Notes: generated from the letters alone by a model not told the origin. DNA of 64,000 nucleotides from Lama guanicoe (GCA_013239625.1 MU053933.1:3215817-3279816), one strand, 5' to 3'; positions 37,930-51,300 are shown, counted from the stretch's first letter. Numbers and translations: made by a program.

Positions 37930-39625
37930 GTAATTTTTTGATATATCCACATACCATAAAGGCCACCATTTAAAGTGTAAACTTCAGTGGTTTCAGTACA
38001 TTCACAGCCATGTGCACCATCACCACTATCTAATGCCAGAATATTTTCGTCATTCCAAAATGAAACCCTATACTGTAGCAGCCACGCCCATTGCCCTCCA
38101 CCAGTGCCCCGCAACTGTTCATCTGCTTTCTGTCTCTGTGGGTTTCCCTGTTCTGGACGCCTCGTGTACATGGAATCACACAGTATGTGGCTTCCTGTGG
38201 CTGACTCCCTTCACTCAGCATGGCGTTTTCATGGCTCACTCATGTTGTAGCCTGACTCATACTTCCCCCCTTTTTATGGCTGAATAATATGTCACTGCAG
38301 ATACACCGCCTTTTGTTTATCACTGACTGAGGGACGTATGGGCTGTTTCCACTTTGGGGCTATTGTGAGTAACGCTGCCATAAGCCTCTGTGCACAAGTT
38401 GCTGTGGGTTCTTTGTTTTCAGTTCTCTTGGGTGTGTTCAGAGGAGCAGAGTTGCTGAATCTTGTGGCGACTCTACGTTTCACTTTTTGAAGAACTGTTC
38501 TCCCAAGTGGCTCTGCCGTTTTCATTCTCAGCAGCAACCCGTGAAGCTTCTAATGGTTCCCCATCCAGTCTCACACTTAACGATGCCCGTGTCTTTTATC
38601 CTGGCCACCTTAGTCAGTGTGAGATGGTATCTCATGGTGGTTTTGACTTACGTTTCCTTAATGACTAATAACATGGAGTATTTTTTCATGTACTGTTAGC
38701 CATTTGTATGTCTCCTTTGGAGAAATGTCAATGCAAGTTTTTGGTCTACTTTTTACTCGGGTTGTCTTTTTATTAGAGTTTTAAGAGTTCTTTTACAGTC
38801 TGGATATGAGTGCCTTATCATATATATGATTTGAATTTCTGTATGAATGTTAGGACCAACCTGTCAATTTCTGCCAAAAAAAAAAAAGCCAGATGGGATT
38901 TTAACATAGATTTTGATCAATCCTTAGATCGGTTTGGGGAGTATTGCCCCCAACAATATTATGTATCCTAATCCATGTACATGGGATGTCTTTCCATTTA
39001 CTTGCATCTTCTTTAATTTCTTTCTATAATATTTTGTAATTTCTGGTGTATAAGCCATTCGCTTCTTTTATTGTATTTATTCCTAAGTATTTTATTCTTT
39101 TTGATGCTATTGTAAATGAAATTGTTTTCTTAACTTCATTTCAAATTGTTTATTGCTGGTGTATAGAAACAGTTGATTTTTGTATGTTAATCTTGTATCT
39201 TGTCACCTTGCTAAATTTGTTTATTAATTCTTACAGTTTTTTGTGGGTTCTTTAGATTTTTCTATATACAGAGTTATGCCAATTGCAAATAGAGAAACTT
39301 TACTTCTTCCATATCTTGTCCACAGAAACTCACTTCAAATATAATGATATAGGCAGGTTGAAAGTTAAAGGATGGTTAAAGATATATCATGCAAATATCA
39401 ATTAAAGGAAAGAGTGGCTATATTAATATCAGATAAAGTAGGCTTTAGAGCAAAGAAAATAACCAACAGAGAGGCACATTACATGATGATGAAAGGGTCA
39501 GTCCACTGAGAAGACATCACAATCCTAAGTGTGTATGTATCAACGGAGCTGCAAAATATGTAAAGCAAAAAAACTGAAAGGAAAAATAGATAAATTCACA
39601 ATTGTAGTTGGTTACTCCCAAACCC
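37930..39625. mobile_element. Old L1 fragments: L1MB-like antisense (37930-39310), then sense EN-region piece (39320-39625)
   Basis: cacataccataaaggccaccatttaaagtgta; tttggagaaatgtc; tttattcctaagtattttattctttttgatgctattgtaaat; gctatattaatatcagataaagtag. Confidence 0.8.
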
Positions 39626-39626
39626 C

Positions 39627-40108
39627 TGTACTAGTTTATTATTGTTGCTCTAACAAAATACCACAAATTTAAAACAACACAAAAATCTATTATCTTACAG
39701 CTAAGGAGGTCAGAAGTCTTAAATGGATCTCCCTAAAAATCAAGGTCTCAACAGAGCTGCATTCCTTCCAGAGAATGTGTTTCCTTGCCCTTTCTGCTTC
39801 TAGAGGCCACTCACTTTCCTTGACCCATATCTCCCTTCCTTCATCTTCAAAGCCAGCAACATAGCATCTTCAAATGTCTCTTCAACTCTGATGCATCTGC
39901 CTCCCTCTTTCACTTTTATGGACCCCTGTGATTGCACTGGGACCACCCTGATAATCAAAGATGATATTCTTATCTGAAGGCTAGCTGAATAGCAACCTTA
40001 ATTCCACCTGGAACCTCAGTGCCCTTTTGCTGTGTAACCTTACGTAAGCACAGGTTCTGGGGGTTAGGACATGTATGTATGGGGGGCACCACTATTCAGC
40101 CCACAACA
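39627..40108 (-). mobile_element. MaLR solo LTR, MLT1C/D-like
   Basis: tgtactagttt...aaaataccacaaa...ggaggtcagaagtc...catcttcaaagccagcaa...caggttctgggggttaggacatg...ccactattcagcccacaaca. Confidence 0.85.
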
Positions 40109-40989
40109 GTCAGTTTCTTTTTCTGCCCCAACCATTACTGTCTCCTCAGCCACCTGGGATGTTAAATTATTGTCACTGATTGTTTCCAACAAATGCCCTT
40201 AAGCAAAAGGCTGTTTTCACTGTACAAGGTTTAAGTCAGAACAGTTAAAGACAAACCCTATAAACGGGGAACTACCAGACAGATCACTTAATGAGAATTC
40301 TCTAAGAACGATATTTAGGGGGAGGTCCAAACCTGCCACTCCCCTCCCAGTGGCTGCCGGGCTGCCGGGTTTCAGCTCTACTGCTGGGAAGGAGCAGAAG
40401 GGAACCGGCAGACAAAACTCCAACGCACCCCTGTTCTCACTGAGACTGGGTGACCTTGCCTGGATGAACAGTTCTCGTATTTTGCAAGCTTTTCATCAAT
40501 TCCCAGAGTTCTTTAAAACTTAATTTTGACATTTTTGTGTTCATATTGCCGTTATGAAACAGAAGACTTTCAGAAGTGCTTACTCTGCCTTTCCCACTGT
40601 CACTTCTGTAACTTCCGTGGGACGTCACGAGACAGGAGCTGACATGGGCCCAAGTCCCTTTCTTCTCATCGTTCTCTGTCCTCTGACTTCTGATTCCTCA
40701 CAGCGAGGTCCACGAGGAGAACACCAAGACAGCCAGGGCAGTGGAGGAGCAGCGGGGGGTCAGGGAAGGAGGAGTCTCACTTACCCTTGACGAAACACTT
40801 CTAAAGACATCTCTTGAGTCTGCCTAACCAGTGTGGACAGCCAGCTCCATCGTCAGGCAGCTTTTCTGGCTGGCCAGGCAAGCTAGAGTGGGAATTCTGA
40901 GCTCTGGCCCCCGCAGTCACTCTCCCTCTGTCATTAAAACCTGCTCCCGCAGAACCTCGTTATCCACGCTCTGGGATCACCCACCACTG

Positions 40990-41185
40990 CTGCCACTGAG
41001 GAGGGAGAAGAGCAGCTCCGAGCCAAGGAGCACGGGCAGCGTCGAGAAACTGGAAAAGGCAAGGGAAGGGACTCTCCCCGAGAGCCTCCGACAGCGCACC
41101 GCAAGTCTGGTCCAGCGAGAGCACGTTGGACTTTTAACTTGTAGAAATGCAAGATCATGCATTTGTGTTGTTTTAATTGCCAAAG
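40990..41185 (+). mobile_element. MLT1D/E-like LTR fragment
   Basis: gagccaaggagcacgggcagc..gaaactggaaaaggcaaggg...ctctccccgagagcctcc...atttgtgttgttttaa. Confidence 0.7.
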
Positions 41186-41239
41186 AAGTTATCCAAAGGG
41201 CCCATACCCATCTGAAAAGTGTTTCGTATCATTATTTAC

Positions 41240-41920
41240 CAGGAAAATACAGAATAAAACCACAGTGAGCTATCACTAAGCATCTCCCCAAATGACTAAA
41301 ATTAACCAAGTGTTGAAAGGATGTGGAACAACCGAATGCCCCGGCTTTGCTGGTGAGGGCTAAGGGCACCCAGCCACTTTGGCAAACTGCCTCCGCAGCA
41401 TCAGGGGAGCCGAACACCCTCCTCTCTGTGACCCTGCAGCCCCACTCCTGTGCATTTCACAGTGGGAACGGCCGCCGCCGCCCACGCGGGGACTTGCACA
41501 GGCTCCTCGGCTGCAGCACCATTCGTAACAGTCCAACTGCTCCCGCCTAGCTGTCCCCAACAGGGAGCAGATAAACTGGGGCCACAGGGCGAAGACGTGC
41601 TGAACAACACAAAGGAATGAAGGACCAGCACACACAACACGGGCGCGCCCAAATACACCACCGAGCACGTCCAGACACCGGAGTTCACGCTTCCCCTGAG
41701 GCCGCCAGACGGGCAAAGTGGATGCACGGTGACAGAAATAGAACCGCGGCTACTGGAGGGGGTGAGCGTATTGAGAAGAGGGGCTGCTTCCGGGGCTGGG
41801 GAGGGGAACCCCTGGTCTGGGAGGTGCCACTTGAGCACAAATAGGGAAAACTCACGGAGTTGCACACTCAGGACTTACAGCTTTTCTTACTGGAAACTAG
41901 ATCTCAATTTAAAAATAGGC
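41240..41920 (+). mobile_element. Old L1M 3' end, GC-enriched
   Basis: ataaaaccacagtgagctatcac; caagtgttgaaaggatgtggaacaaccg; cagccactttggcaaac; ctagatctcaattt. Confidence 0.7.
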
Positions 41921-42589
41921 ACAAACATCCACGAAGTCTCATTCCTCTGGAAGCCAGTGACTCTTTTTAGGAATATTTACCAGTGAGTTAGTCTTAAATG
42001 TAAATATTTACGCAAATTTTGGAGGTAATGTGAATGTGAAATGCTACAGGAAAGCCCTCAGCACAAGGAAACATTCCCTGGTGGGGGAGTGAGGCCTTCA
42101 CAGAGGTGACCACACAGCCTACGCTTTGTAAATGGTGGGGACCCACCAGTGGGGACCCCGGCAGTGACACAGGGAGGGAGTCGCCCATGCTGAGGGCAGT
42201 ACTGGAGGCCTGGTGGGGACTTCACCCGCATGGCCAGGTTCAGATGGCCTGGAAGTGGCTCTGCCCCCAGGCCGAGTGAGGCCAGGCTCCCTGTTGGCAG
42301 AGGTGGGTTGGGGAAAGGCTCCCGGAGGAAGGGCCTGCTGCCTGGACGCAGAGGCAGGAGGACCCTGGCCCGGAGGGTCTGGGCTGAGAGGAAGGTGGAG
42401 CTGGAAATGTGAGGCAACCCAGAGGCCTACCCCCAAGTTCCAAGGCCGCTGGAGGTGCAGGCAGGGTGGGACCATCCTCTGCTGACCAGGGAGGGACACA
42501 CAACTGTGCCTAGACTCAGGCCTCCTAGAAGCTTGTCCTCAGACTTCCATCTCTACTTGAAAAATTGAAACATTTATCTGAAAAGAAAA

Positions 42590-42675
42590 CATATATTGTA
42601 TGTACATATACGTACAACTGAATCACTTTGCTGCACACCTGAAACTAACACTGTAAATCAACTACACTTTAATAG
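42590..42675 (+). mobile_element. Short cetartiodactyl-type L1 3' terminus
   Basis: caactgaatcactttgctgcacacctgaaactaacactgtaaatcaactac. Confidence 0.75.
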
Positions 42676-42879
42676 CTTAATTTACATTTCCTAACTTTCA
42701 AGACCTTAATTGTGTATCCATAACTTTTAAGAACCAATAAAAATTAGACTTTTTTAAAAATCTTGACATCATTTATGCCATAGCATCAGTGCCATAACCA
42801 TCACTGCTATTCTGAGTTATCAGAGTTAGGCACTGCCCTTGACTGGTTTACACTCTACTAAGGGAGAAAGAAAAGCGAA

Positions 42880-43500
42880 ACATTTGAGAGAGATGAAAGC
42901 ACAGCTCAGCAGAGGAAGCACCCCCTTTCCAGTAAATGGCGCTGGAGCAACTAATCATTTCTGTGCCAGAAAGAAAAGAAGGAGGAAGTGTTCAACCTGA
43001 GCCTCACACCTCATACAAAGACAAACTCACGGCAGGTCATACACCGAAAGATAGAACCCAAACCTGCACAACTTTCGGAAGAAAACAAGAGAAAATCTTT
43101 GAAACTTCCTGTTAAGCAACGAGCCTCAGAAACGACACCAAAATCATGATCGATAAAAGAAATAACTGATAAACTGGGCTTCATCAGAATTAAAATCTTT
43201 GCTCTCTGAAAGACACTAGTAAGAGACTGAAAAGGCAAACGACAGACTAGAAGAAAATAATTGTAAATCTCTGAACTGACAGGGGCGTCCCCCGAATAAA
43301 AGCAGAACTCTCTAAACTCCACGCTGGGAAAACCATTAACCCAATTTTTTAAAATGAGCTTAAAAAATATGTCACCAAAAAGCATATACGATAGCGAGTG
43401 AGCACATGAAAAGCTGCCCTGTGTCACTGGTCACTAGGGAGACACACATAGATCCCGTGAGACGCCATGGCACCTGTCAGAGCAGCCAAAATTGTAAGAA
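42880..43500 (+). mobile_element. Old L1 ORF2 3' region
   Basis: gataaactgggcttcatcagaattaaaatctttgctctctgaaagacac; gcacatgaaaagctg. Confidence 0.75.
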
Positions 43501-43515
43501 TAGAAAAGTTTACGT

Positions 43516-43615
43516 GGGGGTATAGCTCAGTGGTAGAGCCTGTGCTCAGCATGCACGAGGTCCTGGGTTCAATCCCCCAGTACCTCTGTTAAAATAAATA
43601 AACCAAATAAAAACA
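43516..43615 (+). mobile_element. tRNA-Ala(AGC)-derived SINE (camelid vic-1 type)
   Basis: GGGGGTATAGCTCAGTGGTAGAGCCTGTGCTCAGCATGCACGAGGTCCTGGGTTCAATCCCCCAGTACCTC is near-identical to tRNA-Ala(AGC), with Pol III A and B boxes, followed by a (TAAA)-type A-rich tail. Confidence 0.88.
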
Positions 43616-43619
43616 AGAC

Positions 43620-44120
43620 TGATGGTCCATCAACAGGTGACTGGATAAAGAAGATGTGGTATATTTATACAATGGAATACTACTCAGCCATAAAAATGAA
43701 TGAAATAATGCCATTTGCAGCAACATGGATGTCCCTGGAGAATGTCATTCTAAGTGAAGTAAGCCAGAAAGAGAAAGAAAAATACCATATGAGATCGCTC
43801 ATATATGGAATCTAAAAAAAAACAAAAACAAAAACATAAATACAAAACCAAAACAGACTCACAGACATAGAATACAAACTTGTGGTTGCCAAGAGGGCAG
43901 GGGGTGGGAAGGGATAGGCTGGGATTTCAAAATGCAGAATAGATAAACAAGATTATACTGTACAGCACAGGGAAATATACACAAGATCTTGTGGTGGCTC
44001 ACAGCGAAAAGAAATGTGACAATGAAAGTATGTATGTTCGTGTATAACTGAAAAATCGTGCTCTGCACTGGAATTTGACACAACATTGTAAAATGACTAT
44101 CACTCAGTAAGAAAAACAAC
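43620..44120 (+). mobile_element. Young lineage-specific L1 3' end
   Basis: gtccatcaacag..gactggataaagaagatgtggtatat...gccatttgcagcaacatggat...; same subfamily as 61067-61500. Confidence 0.9.
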
Positions 44121-46892
44121 AAATTGTAAGGGGACTCTCAGGGATGACGGAACTTCCTGCGTCCTGACTGCAGCGGGGGTCACAGAGCTTTATACATTTG
44201 CTGCTGCCTGAAAAGTTTTAAATAAAAATTGTAAGAATCCAATGGGAAAGAAATCCAAGTCAGAGCCCAGGTGGCTCGCCACACTGCAGAGCCAGCTGCG
44301 TGGAGAGTGTCGTCTGCCTCACGAAGTAGGGCTCTTGGAGTCACTGGGGCGTTCTGTGTGGCCTGCCGGCCCAGCGGGAGGAGTGTCTTGATGTTTTTGG
44401 AGTTTTGAATGGGATTTTATGCAGGAAAGTTTGTGACGATTTCCACCAACCAGACCTAGAAGGGACTTGGACTTGGTTTTCTGCAATGAGGGCTGACCAA
44501 GAAAGCCCCCAGAAGACGCCCTGCGCAGCAGGTGCGGCCCCAGCGCATCCTTCCTGGGCCCGGCTGACCGCCCCAGCACCTGCCGGCCTTAAAGCAGTCT
44601 TGTCCTAATGGAATGGTTTCATCTTGTGCCTGTCAATGTGGCTTCCCCCCAAGACGGCAAATCAGAAAACCGGGGCCAGGCACAGGGCAAGCCTGGGACT
44701 GAAGACGGTGGCTCCCAGAGTGAAGGAAGTGGAGGGAGGACTGGTCCAGACCACACAGAGGACAGGCAGGAGTGCCGGGCACTGGAGGGACTAGCCAAGT
44801 CTAGTTCTGGACACAGAATCCGAGCAGGGAGCGTGGGGGCGGGGGAGTCAGAGGGGGTGAAGAAGTGAGTCTGGTGGAGTTTTGTCCTGGGACAGGGGGC
44901 GGCCAGTGAGGGGCACCTAGCAAATCTCTGTTTGTAACTGCTGGCGCTGGCCGGGCTGAGTGGGGAGCTCGGGGCCTGGGTGACCACCAGCCCCTCCTCT
45001 GTGTGAGCTGCAGAACCGGCTCAGCTGACGCAGGTTCCGGCGGGGCAGTTTCCTCGGCTCTGCAGGCGGCCCCTCGGCTCTGGTCCTTGGGGCGGCTCAG
45101 AGAAGGCCCAGGGCCTTAAAAGGATGGAGCTCAGATAAACAGACTCTGGAATCATCTGTCACACGCCTCCAGGTTTCCAAACCACAGCCCGCTCCGGGCA
45201 TTGTCCCACTGAGCCTTCGACTTCCACAGAAAGCTGCGGTTAAGAGGGCGGTCTCTTGGCCTGCACAGGGCCCCAGGTGGCTTCCATCACGCCCCCGACA
45301 GCTCCGGGCAACACTCCCACGCTCAGCCTGCGGCTCTGCGAAGGAGAGGGGCCAAGGCGTCCCGGCCCTGGACTAGGGGTATTCTGAGGATCTCGGCGGT
45401 TTGCCCAGGAGAAAAGGAGGCTGGCCGTAGAGACAAGACCATGAAGGCCGATGAAGAGAAACAAACTCAAGTACTGACACGGGATGAAGAGCAGAGACTG
45501 AGAGGGAGAAGCCAGGGAGAGAAGGGAGCTGGGGCGGCGGGGGCCCCTGGAGCGTGCTGTCCACGGGGGAGGGGCGTCTCCCGGTGACCCCCAAGCCCCT
45601 AGAGGAGCCCCGGGGCAGGGGGCAGGGGGCAGGGGCAGGTGAGACGACGAGAGGATTCCTCCCAGTGACAGGCTGGTGGCCCGCCCACCAGGGAGAGGCA
45701 CCAGCTGGCTGCCTGGGCACCGCAACCCAGACGACAGCCCTGCCTCCGGGCGGAGGTGCCCTCAGTCCTCTAGAGATAGACAGGATCTTCCCGACCGGCC
45801 GAGCAAATCCCAGGCTGCCTCCTTCTTCGGGGCAAGGAGAGGGCGCTGGGGCTGGACCTCCCCTGCCACCAACGGCCGGTCTCGGGGTTCTCCCCGGGGT
45901 CCGGAGAGGGGACCCTCAAACACCCGGAAAATCACCATCTGACAGATGTCCTTGAGTTAAGACACCAACTCTCATTGTCAACGTGCAAGAATCGTCTTCT
46001 CCCCAAAGGCGGCTTTCCTTTTTCACTCGTTCACTCCTTCCACAACCTCCGGGTGAGCACTGTCCCTGACTTGCTGTCAGAATAGCTGAAAATGTGCCCA
46101 AACTGCCCCCGCCAGCCTGGAGGAGCCAGGACCCAAGCCAGAGTGGTCTGACGTTGAATAACCTGCCTGGAGTGTCATATGCTGATCAGAAACACTTTGC
46201 TAAAAACAAAATAAAGCGAGACTACCGCTCAGAACAAGTGTTTAAATGCACACGGGGAGCACAGGTGGGGCTGGAGACGGTCCGCGGCCTCGTAGGGTGA
46301 CGCGGACACTGGTGAGGGCACCCAGGGCTTCTGTGCCGAGGCTGCTCCCTGCCCAGCCGCGCGGCCCGGGGACTGCGGACTCTGGACAGCCCCAGTCACC
46401 TGTGGCTGGAGGGGGGGTTCAGTCAGACTGAGTCTTGCCCCAAAATGTGCCGTTCATGCCCTAAGAGGAGGGGGCACCCTGAGCACTTGGAAAGAGTTGT
46501 TGAGAAAACGAATGAGTGCATGAGGCTGGTGGTCAGTGCGTGGCCTGTGATGGCGTCAGAGCTTCCCAAGCGGTCCCCTCCCACACAGAACTGTCCTGCT
46601 CTGACCGGGAGGTGGCGGGGGGGACCCGGAGAGGCACTGGGATGCCAGCATTTAGCCACGTCCCGCGGATCTGAAACAACCTGGAGGCGGCAGCAGCCAA
46701 CCCGTGAGTCACGAGGAAGCAAGTGGCCCAGACCCGGCTGTGGGCCCAAGTGAGTCACGGGCGGAGTGGAGGCCCCGAGTCCCACATCCCCTTGTGTCCC
46801 CCGGGGCACAACCACCCTGACCCCCCCGGCAGCTCTGTCTGCAGCTAGGGCTCCCCTGACCCCATGACAGTCCTCCTCCATGGCAGCCCCAC

Positions 46893-47130
46893 CCAGCCGT
46901 GCACCGGAGCCCGGGAGAGGCTGACACGTTTTCAGGAATTTTGAGAGCCAGTTACTAAACTCAGCCATGACCAAAAATCAAATCAGATAAACTTACAAGT
47001 CAAAAAATTGTATTAAAAGCAAACTTAGTGAACCCTCAAGGCGTCTCCTGTCCTCATCTCGTGACTTCATTTTCCAGACATCTTGCTCTGCGCGGGCTTT
47101 GCATCTGCATGTGTGTGGTAGAAATACGTG
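46893..47130 (+). mobile_element. MER63-like hAT-Blackjack DNA transposon fragment
   Basis: cagccgtgcaccggagcc...ttttcaggaattttgagagccagttactaaactcagccatgaccaaaaatcaaatcagataaacttacaag resembles the MER63 consensus. Confidence 0.65.
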
Positions 47131-48329
47131 CTGAGCCCTGCCCCTGTCGCCTCTGTCCCAGCCCCGCTGCTCGCAGCATAGCCCAGTCCACACTCAGCCC
47201 CAGTGCCAACTCCACAGTGTGGATCCCAACCCTCCATTCTCCCCGCCAACCCCAACCCCAGGGAACCCCACATGCCACTGGCCCCCCAGCCTGGGGCCTC
47301 CCTTCACCCTGCCCTCAAGCCAGCATCCTAGGAGAGCACCTGCCCTAGGTGGGCCACCCTGCTGTCCCCTGGGCCTCCAGCTTCCTGACCGTTTGTGCTG
47401 TAGCCAAGCCCCCTCTTAGACATCTGCACCTACTCGGAGGTCCCACCCAAATTCTGGAATCTCCCAGAGCAGCTCTGTCTCTAAAATCTTCACCTGGGTT
47501 GGGGTATCGTCTCCAACAGCCTCCACCTTTGCCTTTGCCCCACCCCTCCTCCTGCTGTCAGTCCCCTCTGGTCCCAGCCTGTCCTCATCTAGCCAGGACA
47601 CCTATTCATGTCCAGGCAGACTCACCAGCAAATCCTCAGTGCCCCCAGTGCCAGAGACAGGCTGGGCCCAGGGAAGGGGGTGGTCTGTGATGGGATAGTA
47701 TCAGGGAGCAATGGCTCTGGGCCACATCTTTAAAGGCCACTTGACTGCATCGCATCCACTTACCCTCTGCTCTGCTTGGACCAGCTCACCATTGGCTGCA
47801 GCTGTGTGCCTTCCCTGACCTGAGGCCCACCCCGGCCCCGCCCTTATCAGGGGGGTGAACTGCCCTGCACACTTGGAGGCATGCTTGGGAAGTTGGCCAA
47901 CAGATGTCCATTGACTTCATCTGTTTAAAGTTGCCTCCTTCCAGATCAGTGATAAGGAAAAGGGTCATTTCAGACTCAAGACTTTAGGCCACTGTGTGTG
48001 GTCCCAGTGACCAGAGAATAATGTACTCATCTGCCAGAGGCACTAAGGGCTGGCCCCCAACAGGAGCTGCCACACACATCCAGACCCTGGAATTTCTATT
48101 GTCTCCATCTACTTGCCAAACTGACCAAGCCATACCTTAGAAAATGCCAGTATAATAATTAGCCCAGGGAGGCTCCTGCAGCTACTTCTTGCAGAACCGT
48201 AAATTCCACCACATGGAGCTCTGCAGACAGGTCTGATCTGGGAAGTTTCTGCCAGTATCAGAGTCAGAGCCTGACCCTCCCTCTTATTCCTTCCCCCTTC
48301 TCAGCGTCCCATGCTAAGTGAACTCCAAA

Positions 48330-51300
48330 CAGGAAAACCCCCAAAATTCACTCAGATACCTCACAATCAAACTTCTAAAAACTAGGCAGAAAAATATCTG
48401 CAATGCAGAGATAAATGACGTATTACTTGTAAAAGAATAGCAGTTGGAGTAACTGAAGATTTCTCATCAGAAACCATGGAGGCCAAAAGGAAGTGGAACT
48501 TTTTCAGGCACTGAAAGAAAAGAAGGTCAACTCAGAATTCTGTACACAGCAAAAATAACCTTCAGGAATGAAGGTGAAATGAAGACACTCTTAGATAAAG
48601 GAAAACTAAAACAATTTGCTAGCAGCAAACATACCCTAAAAGAACTACTAAAAGAAGCTCTTCAGATACAAGGGAACCCTAGGAAGGAAGAGCAGCAAGT
48701 GCAGTCGCATCTGGGAAATGTAACAGACTCTTCTTCTCCACTTCAGTTCTTGGACATACGCTTGATGATTAAAAGCAAATGTTATAACATCGTCTCCTGG
48801 AGTTTTCAGCCTATGTGGTTGTACAGCATAAAAGATGGAGAGTACAGGACCTTACATGGTGGTAGGATTTCTACAAAATACTTGAAATGGTAAAATGTTT
48901 ATTCTAAGTAGACTGTGAAAGTTTACGTATGTATATTGTAATTGCCAGGAAACTACAAAAAAAGGTACAACAATGTATAATCAACAACACAATAGACAAA
49001 TTAAAACAGAATACTACAGAACGTTCAAATAACCAAAACAAAGGGGAAAACAGGAAACACAAGAATAAAAAAAGGGAGGGGGGAATAAAACAAAATTTTT
49101 TAAATTTTTAATTAAAAAAGTAAAAACAAACAAAAAATAATACAGTGGTAGTCCCAAATCCAAACGTAAAAACAATTACATTAAATGTAAGTGATCTAAA
49201 TTAAAAGACAGGGATTTTCAGGATGAATTTTTTAAAATCACCTACCTATATACTATCTACAAGAACCTCACTTCAAATATAATATTGGTAGGTTTAAAGG
49301 ATGGAAAAAGATATACTGTGCAAGCACAAATTTTAAAAATGGGCTGCCTCTATTGAAACAGATAAAGTAGACTTTAGAAAGAAATTCATAAATAAGCTTC
49401 AGAATAAAAAATATCATAGATTAAAAGGGAAATTGATAATAAAAGTGTCAATTTACCAAGAAGACACAACAATCTTAAGTGTTTATGTACCTAACAACAC
49501 AGCTTCAAAATACATGAAGCAAAATTCATGAATACAGAGCTAAAAGGAGAAATAGACAAATCCAGAATTATAGTTGGACACTTCAACACTTCTGTCCCAG
49601 AACAAACAGACAGAAAATCAGCAAAGATAAACAAGAATTGAATATCACTGTTAACCAATGGGCTCTGACTTTTATTAAATACTTCACCCAACCAGAGCAG
49701 AACACAAATATTTCTCATGCGCATGTGAAACATTTACCAGGATGAATGATACCAAGAGTAATTTAAAAGTCTTTAATGAAGTTCAGAGAATTTAATCATA
49801 CAAAATATGTTCTCTAACCATAATGGAATCAAACTAGATATCAAACTAGATATCAATAATAATAAAAAATAAGAAGAAATATTTCTAAATGGTTAAAAAT
49901 TAAACAGCGTACTTCTAAATAATCTATGGACAAAGGGAAAGTCTCAAGGGAAACTAAATATTATATTTAACTGAATGAAAATGTGATGCATCAAAATCCA
50001 TGGGATGCAGCTAAAGCATCACTTAGAGGGAAATTTATAACACTAAATGTTTATATTAGAAAAGAAGAAAGATCTACAAACAATAATCCAAGGTTTCACC
50101 TCAAGAAACAACTTTAAAAGCACAAAATAAGTCTAAATCAAGTAGAAACAAGGAAAAACTACAGATGAGAGAAGGAATCAATGAATTTAAAACAAAGCAC
50201 AATGGAGAAAATCGATGGAAAACACTGGCTCTTTGAGATGATTGAGATCAATAATATTTTGGCAAACTGACCCCAAAAAAGAGAGGAGACACAAATTACC
50301 AATCTCAGAAATGAAAGAAGAGCTATCAAATTTACAGACCTTGCAGATATTAAAAGGAAAATAGGCAAATACTACAAACAACTCTGAACACAAAAAATCA
50401 ATAACTTGGTGACAGGAACCAATTTCTCAAAAACTCCAACTACAAAAACTCACCCAAGATGAAACAGATGATCTGACTATTTCTATAACTCTTAGAGAAA
50501 TTGAATTTGTAGTTAAAATCCTTCTAAAAAAAAAATCCAGGGCTGGATGGTTTCACTGGTGAATGCTACCAAACAGTTAAAGAAGAAATAACACCAATTC
50601 CAACTGAGTTCTCCTAGAAACAGGAGAGAACACTTCAAGTGATCTCAGGAAGCTAGCATTACCCTGAGGTCAAAACTAGACAAAGACAGTGCAAAAAAAG
50701 AAAACCACACACCAATATTTTCCATGAACACAGATAAGAAAATCACCTACACAGTCTTAGCAAATAAAATACAACAATATATCAAAGGAATAATAAACTA
50801 CAACCGAGTAGAGTTTGTTTTAGAAATGCAAATGTCCTTCAGCAAGTGAATGGACAAATATGCTGTGGTACATCCATTAAAAAGAATATCACTCAGCAAT
50901 GAAAAGGGACAAACTGTTGATACACATGATTTGGACGGATCACAAAAGCATTGTATTGAGGAGAAAAGTCAGCCTCCAAAGATTACCTAATGTATGGTTC
51001 CATTTATGTAATATTCTTAAATTAGCAAAATTATATAGATAAAAAACAAAATCGTGGTTGCCCCGGGGCTGGGATTGGAGGGAGAGTGTGACGATAAAGG
51101 GATAGCATGAGGGGGTTTCTCTGGGGTTATGAAAAAGTCCTACACCCAGGTTGTGGTCACGGTTACACAAATCTATAAACCCACGATCTCTATACCGAAA
51201 GAGGGGGAGCAAGTGCGAAATCCGAGCAAGCTGTTCCGTGAGGAACTGGACCGCTCCCTCACCACTGCGTACAGTCACTTTGGGAAACTGGCGGTGTCTT

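Noticed and set aside
38830..39625. Twin-priming L1 inversion at the antisense/sense junction near 39315
   Set aside because: The sense piece is from the EN region and is not adjacent in L1 coordinates to the antisense piece; no TSD found.
43516..43588. Functional tRNA-Ala(AGC) gene
   Set aside because: Substitutions in the anticodon arm, an extra C after the T-loop, an A-rich tail and no oligo-T terminator indicate a SINE copy.
48330..50820. Intact or active L1
   Set aside because: Many stops and deletions; no long ORF1 or ORF2 in the ORF track.
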